From Patescibacteria group bacterium (lineage in GTDB: Bacteria > Patescibacteriota > Patescibacteriia > Veblenbacterales > UBA10138), in the NCBI GenBank assembly GCA_043823825.1, contig JBDRTU010000026.1, forward strand, positions 43 to 64,042: DNA of 64,000 nucleotides, given 5' to 3'. Each line of letters begins with the position of its first letter. Position 1 is the first letter of the stretch. Position numbers and translations under genes: made by a program. This document shows, piece by piece, positions 59,503 to 64,000 of this stretch. The notes under the pieces were generated by a model that was given only the letters and a program-made list of their open reading frames with translations, searched no databases and was not told the origin of the DNA.

Positions 59503-60672
59503 ATGTCAACCAACACGATTCATGTAGGTATTACCGGCATTGGCCATGAAGTTGGCGAGATTATTGTTACCAACGACGACGTAACTAAAATAGTTGAAAA
59601 CGCTATCTGCTCCAAAAAAGAACGAGTGCTGGGTACTAGAGAATTAACCAAAGAGGAGAAAGGTAAATATTTATGCGACCCTGAGTGGTTAGTGAATCAC
59701 GAATTTTTCGGCAGAGTGCACACGGCTCACACAACCGTCGATCTGGGCGTGGCAGCAGCCAAAAAAGCCATTGAGATGTCGGGCTGTCGCAAACAAAATA
59801 TTCAGGCTTTGCTTTTTGGCACAGTGTCACCAAATAGAAACTATTCACCAACCTGCGCACAGTTGGCTACTGGTGAGCTCGGTTTGCAAGTCAGAAATGA
59901 GCTGGGGTTAAAAAACTTCCTTCCTAGCGATATGCAAAATACTTGTACTACTATTGGCTCGGTTATTACTTTAGGTTGGTGCCTGATTAAGGCAGGATTT
60001 GTTAAACACCTGCTGGTGATCGGCGCTGACAAAATGAGTATAACTGTTGATCCAGCCGACCGTAACTTCTATCCCCTGATGGGAGATGCCGGAACAGCCA
60101 TTATTATGGAAGCAGTAACAGAAAGCAGTGATTCATTCCCCTGGCAGGAAAAATCTTTCTTTAGCGTTGTAGAACCCTCTGGTGTCAATAATATCATTGC
60201 AAAGGCTGGAGGATCAGCCATGCCCTTGACACCAGAAATGATTATTGGGTCGCCGGAAAATCCTTTAGCCCTTAGACCTGACAAATTATGGCAAGACGGT
60301 AAAAAAGTTCACGGGCACATGATTAGATTTTTGTCCGATCCTACAGTGCCGCCGCGTCAAACTGTTTTTGGTGCCGCTCTTCACCAGGTCGGCTTAACTC
60401 TTCAGAAAATTGACGCCATTTACCCTCATCAGGCTAGTGTAAGAATGAACAAAGAGGCGCTCATTAATCTCAAACAAAAGGGATTTAAAGGCAGAATGTC
60501 AGATAATGGCAAAAGATATGGCAATACCACCTCTGCCGCGGTGCTCTTAGGCGCCTCCCTAGACTCTGAACAAGGTATATTACAAACCGGCCAAACTATT
60601 GCCTTGGCGCCTTTTGGTGCCGGTTACACTGCTTGTATTATATTTGTCAACTGGACCGCCAATATTCCATAA
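59503..60672 (+). CDS. FabH-like (KAS III family) condensing enzyme
   Basis: Thiolase-fold protein with the FabH-type triad context: Cys in NTCTTIGS, His in YPHQASVRMN and Asn in YGNTTSAAV. Confidence 0.7.
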   Translation: MSTNTIHVGITGIGHEVGEIIVTNDDVTKIVENAICSKKERVLGTRELTKEEKGKYLCDPEWLVNHEFFGRVHTAHTTVDLGVAAAKKAIEMSGCRKQNIQALLFGTVSPNRNYSPTCAQLATGELGLQVRNELGLKNFLPSDMQNTCTTIGSVITLGWCLIKAGFVKHLLVIGADKMSITVDPADRNFYPLMGDAGTAIIMEAVTESSDSFPWQEKSFFSVVEPSGVNNIIAKAGGSAMPLTPEMIIGSPENPLALRPDKLWQDGKKVHGHMIRFLSDPTVPPRQTVFGAALHQVGLTLQKIDAIYPHQASVRMNKEALINLKQKGFKGRMSDNGKRYGNTTSAAVLLGASLDSEQGILQTGQTIALAPFGAGYTACIIFVNWTANIP

Positions 60673-60807
60673 GGTAAATAACCTTACCTCAAACTAAAAC
60701 CAAGCCCTAGCTCGCTTTACTCAGCCTGGGCTTTTTTATTTGATGTAATTATAAACACAAATCCGAACCTATTTTGAACAGAACTGATATCTCTCCTCTG
60801 TTAATTT

Positions 60808-62064
60808 TTAGATCGTTGGATTAACAACTCTGCCCAAAAATAGGATATTTCCCGTGTCTTTTTCTTGAATTATAAATATAAATGGATGGTCTGCCCTAAA
60901 GACATTTCTCGGCATAGCACTTCTTACCATCCCCACAGCAGTTGCAGCAGCTGCCTCTGTTCCTTTCTCATCAACTTTAATATATGCTTGATGAATTACA
61001 AAATCAATCCAAATTTTTTCTGCTGTAGTCATTCCAGAAAAATCAGCATTTGCTGAAAAAGCTGTTGGCATTCCTAACGCACCCAAAGTTTCATTCATGA
61101 AATATTTAGTATCAAAATCAAATTTAGGAAGTGATATTGAATCCAATTTGGTTTCTTTCATCTGAGACTTGTATTCATTAAGTTTTTCTGCTGTGAGATT
61201 AGACCCTATTGTATCAAGATTATTAGTTGGTAATAATACCAGCATTGAAATTTCATCACCTTTGTATGGTAATTCCAAAATTTGTAAATCTTCTGTATCG
61301 GAATAGTTAAACCTCGCCTTATCTGGATTCATATTCATCATGGCGGTTTTTACAATATTATCAGGAGTTATCTTAAAATCTCCTTCGCGAGTATCAGCCT
61401 TATCAAATTCCCATTCCCAAATCCCTTTAAAATAAATTGCATTAGTTAAAACAAGTCTTGTCATCGCATTAAGAAATCCTGCAGGAATTAAATCTTTAAT
61501 CTTATTATTTGTTTGTTCTCCTATGAAGCTATTGATAGTCTGCCTTGATTTTTCAGTTTCTTTAACATAATCCAAATTTGCTGCTTTTCCACCATAATAT
61601 TTTTCAACCCTGCTTGTATAACCTTCGAGGAAAGGATAATCTTGTTGAACCCATAAAGCATTCCCGGTTCTAAATTCGTAATCCTTAGCTCCCTTGTTAA
61701 TTTTATTATAAATTGCAGCAAAATTTGATCTTAAAATATCACTTTCTGGGAAATGATAAACTGATTTCATTTCATCCGCTGTTTGTCCTTTTGCACCTTC
61801 ATAAGTCATTGCTAGAGCAGCAGAAATGCTATATGGAGAATAAAAAACATTTCCATTTTCAGACTTATTTAGTTCGGAATATAAATCAAAAGCAAATTTG
61901 TTATTTGCATTAGCTACGTCTTGTATTCCTTGCTGTGTCGAACCAGTATCATTTGCTGGAGGGGGTTGATTCGGCTGATATGGGAAAAGAAACAATACTG
62001 CTGCAGTTGCTACGCCTGCGAACAGAATAATCATCAACGAAATTAATAAAAATTTTTTGGTCAT
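60808..62064 (-). CDS. Serpin-family serine protease inhibitor with an N-terminal membrane anchor or signal
   Basis: N-terminal hydrophobic helix. Serpin core motifs NVFYSPYSISAALAMTYEGAKG, and the C-terminal FRADHPFIFIIQEKDTGNILFLGRVVNP, which includes the reactive-centre-loop hinge and s5B signature. Confidence 0.85.
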   Translation of the reverse strand: MTKKFLLISLMIILFAGVATAAVLFLFPYQPNQPPPANDTGSTQQGIQDVANANNKFAFDLYSELNKSENGNVFYSPYSISAALAMTYEGAKGQTADEMKSVYHFPESDILRSNFAAIYNKINKGAKDYEFRTGNALWVQQDYPFLEGYTSRVEKYYGGKAANLDYVKETEKSRQTINSFIGEQTNNKIKDLIPAGFLNAMTRLVLTNAIYFKGIWEWEFDKADTREGDFKITPDNIVKTAMMNMNPDKARFNYSDTEDLQILELPYKGDEISMLVLLPTNNLDTIGSNLTAEKLNEYKSQMKETKLDSISLPKFDFDTKYFMNETLGALGMPTAFSANADFSGMTTAEKIWIDFVIHQAYIKVDEKGTEAAAATAVGMVRSAMPRNVFRADHPFIFIIQEKDTGNILFLGRVVNPTI

Positions 62065-62297
62065 ATTTTTTGTTCTTAATAAATTAGTTAATTTTTTTAT
62101 ACTAACTTACTTATAGTCTACCACCCAGATACTTTTTGCAAAACTATCTCATTCAACTAATCAACGCTAACCTCAAAAACTTATGCGATTTTCTCTTTTT
62201 CCTGATATTCTTTTGATAATTCTTGATTATTATATTGTTCAGGATTTTCAAGCATAATATTAAAATTAAATTAGTAAAATTTAAATATCATCATTCT

Positions 62298-62315
62298 CTC
62301 ATTCGCTCGAATGAG
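62298..62315. repeat. Palindrome ctcattcg-ct-cgaatgag immediately downstream of the arsR-like gene
   Basis: Perfect 8-bp arms. The reverse-complement variant occurs at 62617-62632, and related palindromes at 25874 and 63684. Confidence 0.6.
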
Positions 62316-62322
62316 GTCTAAA

Positions 62323-62589
62323 TCAAATATAACTGATAACAGATTTAGATACTCGCGACAGCTCCGAAGATAAGGAATAAAATACTAGTTTACTTTTTTG
62401 CTCTGATTCTAAAATATCAGCACCTTTTAAGACAGTAAGATGTTTAGAGGTGGCTTTAAATGATAGTTTGATGGCGTCAGCTATATCACCTACTGGTGCT
62501 GGCTGATGAGATTTTAGATATTTGATAATAGCCAGACGGCGTTTATTAGCTAAAGCTTTTAGATTTCTTTCTAACTCCTTCATAAACAT
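62323..62589 (-). CDS. ArsR/SmtB-family transcriptional regulator
   Basis: 88 aa with a wHTH motif: LKALANKRRLAIIKYL ... VGDIADAIKLSFKATSKHLTVLKGADIL. Confidence 0.75.
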   Translation of the reverse strand: MFMKELERNLKALANKRRLAIIKYLKSHQPAPVGDIADAIKLSFKATSKHLTVLKGADILESEQKSKLVFYSLSSELSRVSKSVISYI

Positions 62590-62616
62590 ATTATAGCACC
62601 ATTATTATCATTCAAA

Positions 62617-62632
62617 CATTCGAGCGAATGAG
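62617..62632. promoter_or_regulatory. Palindromic candidate operator cattcg-ag-cgaatg upstream of the arsR-like gene
   Basis: Located 28 nt upstream of the arsR start codon. It is an inverted copy of the palindrome at 62298-62315. Confidence 0.4.
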
Positions 62633-62759
62633 GGCAAGATAAGGGGGAGGTGGGAGTATGGAGTATGATGGGGAAAGATGATCTGCTGCAAAGATGATTT
62701 TTTTGTTTAGGCAGCCAAAATTACTGAATTTATTAAGTAATAAATTCATGAATTAATTT

Positions 62760-62798
62760 ATGCCTGCCCGCCTTGGGCGGGAATTAATTACTGAATTT
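62760..62798. repeat. 39-nt direct repeat, copy A
   Basis: atgcctgcccgccttgggcgggaattaattactgaattt. The last 19 nt are identical to copy B at 63733-63771. It overlaps the 3' end of a minus-strand ORF. Confidence 0.55.
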
Positions 62799-62809
62799 CC
62801 TTGATAATT

Positions 62810-63045
62810 TCATTTTAGCGCAAAACCACCCAGCAACACTAGGTAGCTGGTGGAAATGAAGCTCCATAGCCTTATGGCCATGGTATCCTTCATTTCTTCG
62901 GCGGAATCCGCCGTAGCACCCTCCTTTACTTTTCGAGCTACGGAGGATCCACCCCGCATTCATCCACGGGCTTACGTCCGTGGTCTTCATGCGAAGGCGG
63001 ATAAAAAAGACCCGCCAGAGGTCCTTGGGACATAGCGGGTTAGGT
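62810..63045. other. GC-rich, hairpin-dense segment that is a candidate structured RNA. The overlapping short ORFs on both strands are probably artefacts.
   Basis: Consecutive stems: ccagc/gctgg, gaaatgaag/cttcatttc (9 bp), cggcgg-att-ccgccg and ccacgg-N8-ccgtgg. The two overlapping ORFs (68 and 61 aa) have RNA-like odd composition. Confidence 0.3.
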
Positions 63046-63533
63046 TAACGAGGGGGATTTAGCGTGTTGGCTATTGGCTTTTCGAGATTTACCTCGAAGG
63101 CTTCTGCAAGAGCTAACAAGTCTCTTCCCCACGGATTAGTCTTCCTGGGTGGATAAAGATGAGGAGACAACCCAGGACGATAAATCTGTTTACTCTGAGC
63201 CACTAATTCGGCTTCTATCTCTCTGCGTTGCCTTATAATTTCCTCTATAATAAACTTAATGGCTTCCCTCTGAAAGAGGTCGCAATTCTTGGCCAGTTGT
63301 TTGTATATAGTCAGACAATCTTCAAATGAAGAAGAGTTATCAATCGGTGCTTTATCTCCATAATCAAAACCAGTCGCATAGGGAATAAGATAATTAGTAA
63401 CCGACGTAAGGTGATCTAGAAACTCTCCCATGGGACCCATGCCGCCTAACGGTGGACAGGGAATTCTACGTAGAGCATATACAGTCATGGCTATGGCCTT
63501 ATCTATGTATAAAGATAAAAAATTCATCCTCAC
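63045..63533 (-). CDS. Hypothetical protein
   Basis: 162-aa ORF with no recognised family. It lies between the two 39-nt direct repeats. Confidence 0.4.
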   Translation of the reverse strand: MRMNFLSLYIDKAIAMTVYALRRIPCPPLGGMGPMGEFLDHLTSVTNYLIPYATGFDYGDKAPIDNSSSFEDCLTIYKQLAKNCDLFQREAIKFIIEEIIRQRREIEAELVAQSKQIYRPGLSPHLYPPRKTNPWGRDLLALAEAFEVNLEKPIANTLNPPR

Positions 63534-63683
63534 TCCTTTTATTAGTTGTCAAGGTAATTATTTTATTTTCATTTCATCTTAGATTAAAAAAGATATATTT
63601 GTCAATACTTATAAATAAAAACTCGCTCCTCTAGCCAAATTCGCCAGCGGAGTTATTTTATTTTTTAATCTTCAACTATTCTC

Positions 63684-63700
63684 CTATTCGCGCGAATTAG
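63684..63700. repeat. Palindrome ctattcgcgcgaattag upstream of ORF 63045..63533
   Basis: Same 17-nt sequence as at 25874-25890. Confidence 0.55.
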
Positions 63701-63732
63701 AGCCGGGTTAGTTATGCATAATACTTAGAATT

Positions 63733-63771
63733 GATGCCCGTCCGTCTCTGGAGGGAATTAATTACTGAATT
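63733..63771. repeat. 39-nt direct repeat, copy B
   Basis: atgcccgtccgtctctggagggaattaattactgaattt. It overlaps the 3' end of ORF 63762..63992. Confidence 0.55.
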
Positions 63772-63992
63772 TTTTCATTAACTGCTTTGATATACCTACA
63801 ATAATCACAATCCTCCCTTGACTTAGGCAACACCTCTGCCTCCAAACACTTTATGGCATCTCTTATAGCCCCCTCCACCCAACTATCATCCCCTTTATAA
63901 GGAATTATCTTAATATCAAACTCTAGCTTGCCATCAAAGGCCTCCTTATCAGTTTTGCCATTACAATACACAAAATAACCGATCTTGGACAC
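63762..63992 (-). CDS. Hypothetical small Cys-containing protein (may be truncated by the window edge)
   Basis: 76 aa with CDYC and other Cys. The start lies 8 nt from the window end. Confidence 0.3.
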   Translation of the reverse strand: MSKIGYFVYCNGKTDKEAFDGKLEFDIKIIPYKGDDSWVEGAIRDAIKCLEAEVLPKSREDCDYCRYIKAVNEKIQ

Positions 63993-64000
63993 TTTAAAGC

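Noticed and set aside
62810-63045. Calling the GC-rich segment tmRNA, SRP or 6S RNA
   Set aside because: No diagnostic motifs for any of these were found by eye. Only generic hairpins are present, so it is reported as a candidate.
1-64000. CRISPR arrays, rRNA genes, transposases, integrases and reverse transcriptases
   Set aside because: I looked for regularly spaced direct repeats, rRNA-like GC blocks and YADD/DDE/tyrosine-recombinase motifs in the ORF translations and found none. The only repeated short elements are the palindromes and 39-nt direct repeats reported above.

Overview
This window is low-GC, gene-dense bacterial DNA read in the standard genetic code; the 906-aa SecA ORF has no in-frame stops. 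The content is typical of a reduced Patescibacteria/CPR-like or similar minimal genome, but that taxonomic guess is inference only. Recognisable housekeeping blocks are: lepA, a MurJ-like flippase gene, and a cell-surface polysaccharide cluster (priming sugar transferase, three GT1 glycosyltransferases, a large DUF4012-like membrane protein); RNase P RNA (rnpB, minus strand, which the ORF track mis-calls as a CDS); an RNase H gene with recJ; a PfkB kinase / acetate kinase / PfkB kinase block; an Rrf2-sodA-sufCBDSU operon with an identifiable promoter and operator; secDF, an MsbA-like ABC exporter and secA; pyruvoyl-dependent arginine decarboxylase with agmatinase; prs and murB; a partial dcw cluster (mraY-murD-ftsW-murG-murC); a type IV pilus operon (pilBCMNO) with a separate pilin gene; an Nfu-like protein; and one tRNA-Thr(CGU). 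Things that stood out: (i) SecD carries an inserted parvulin-type PPIase domain, and both parvulin-containing proteins in the window place the ASHIL strand after the FGxHxI motif, suggesting a permuted domain. (ii) There is a SET-domain protein. (iii) A block at 58.0-62.6 kb encodes a degenerate-J-domain/S41 peptidase fusion, an orphan FabH-like condensing enzyme, a membrane-anchored serpin and an ArsR regulator bracketed by palindromes. (iv) A dispersed ATTCG-NN-CGAAT palindrome family occurs at four sites. (v) Several compositionally distinct GC-rich segments (about 700-970, 6378-6561, 43300-43870, 62810-63045) carry stable hairpins and are best explained as unannotated structured RNAs or acquired elements. 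(vi) At 62.7-63.8 kb, 39-nt direct repeats flank hypothetical ORFs. No CRISPR array, rRNA, transposase or reverse transcriptase was recognised.
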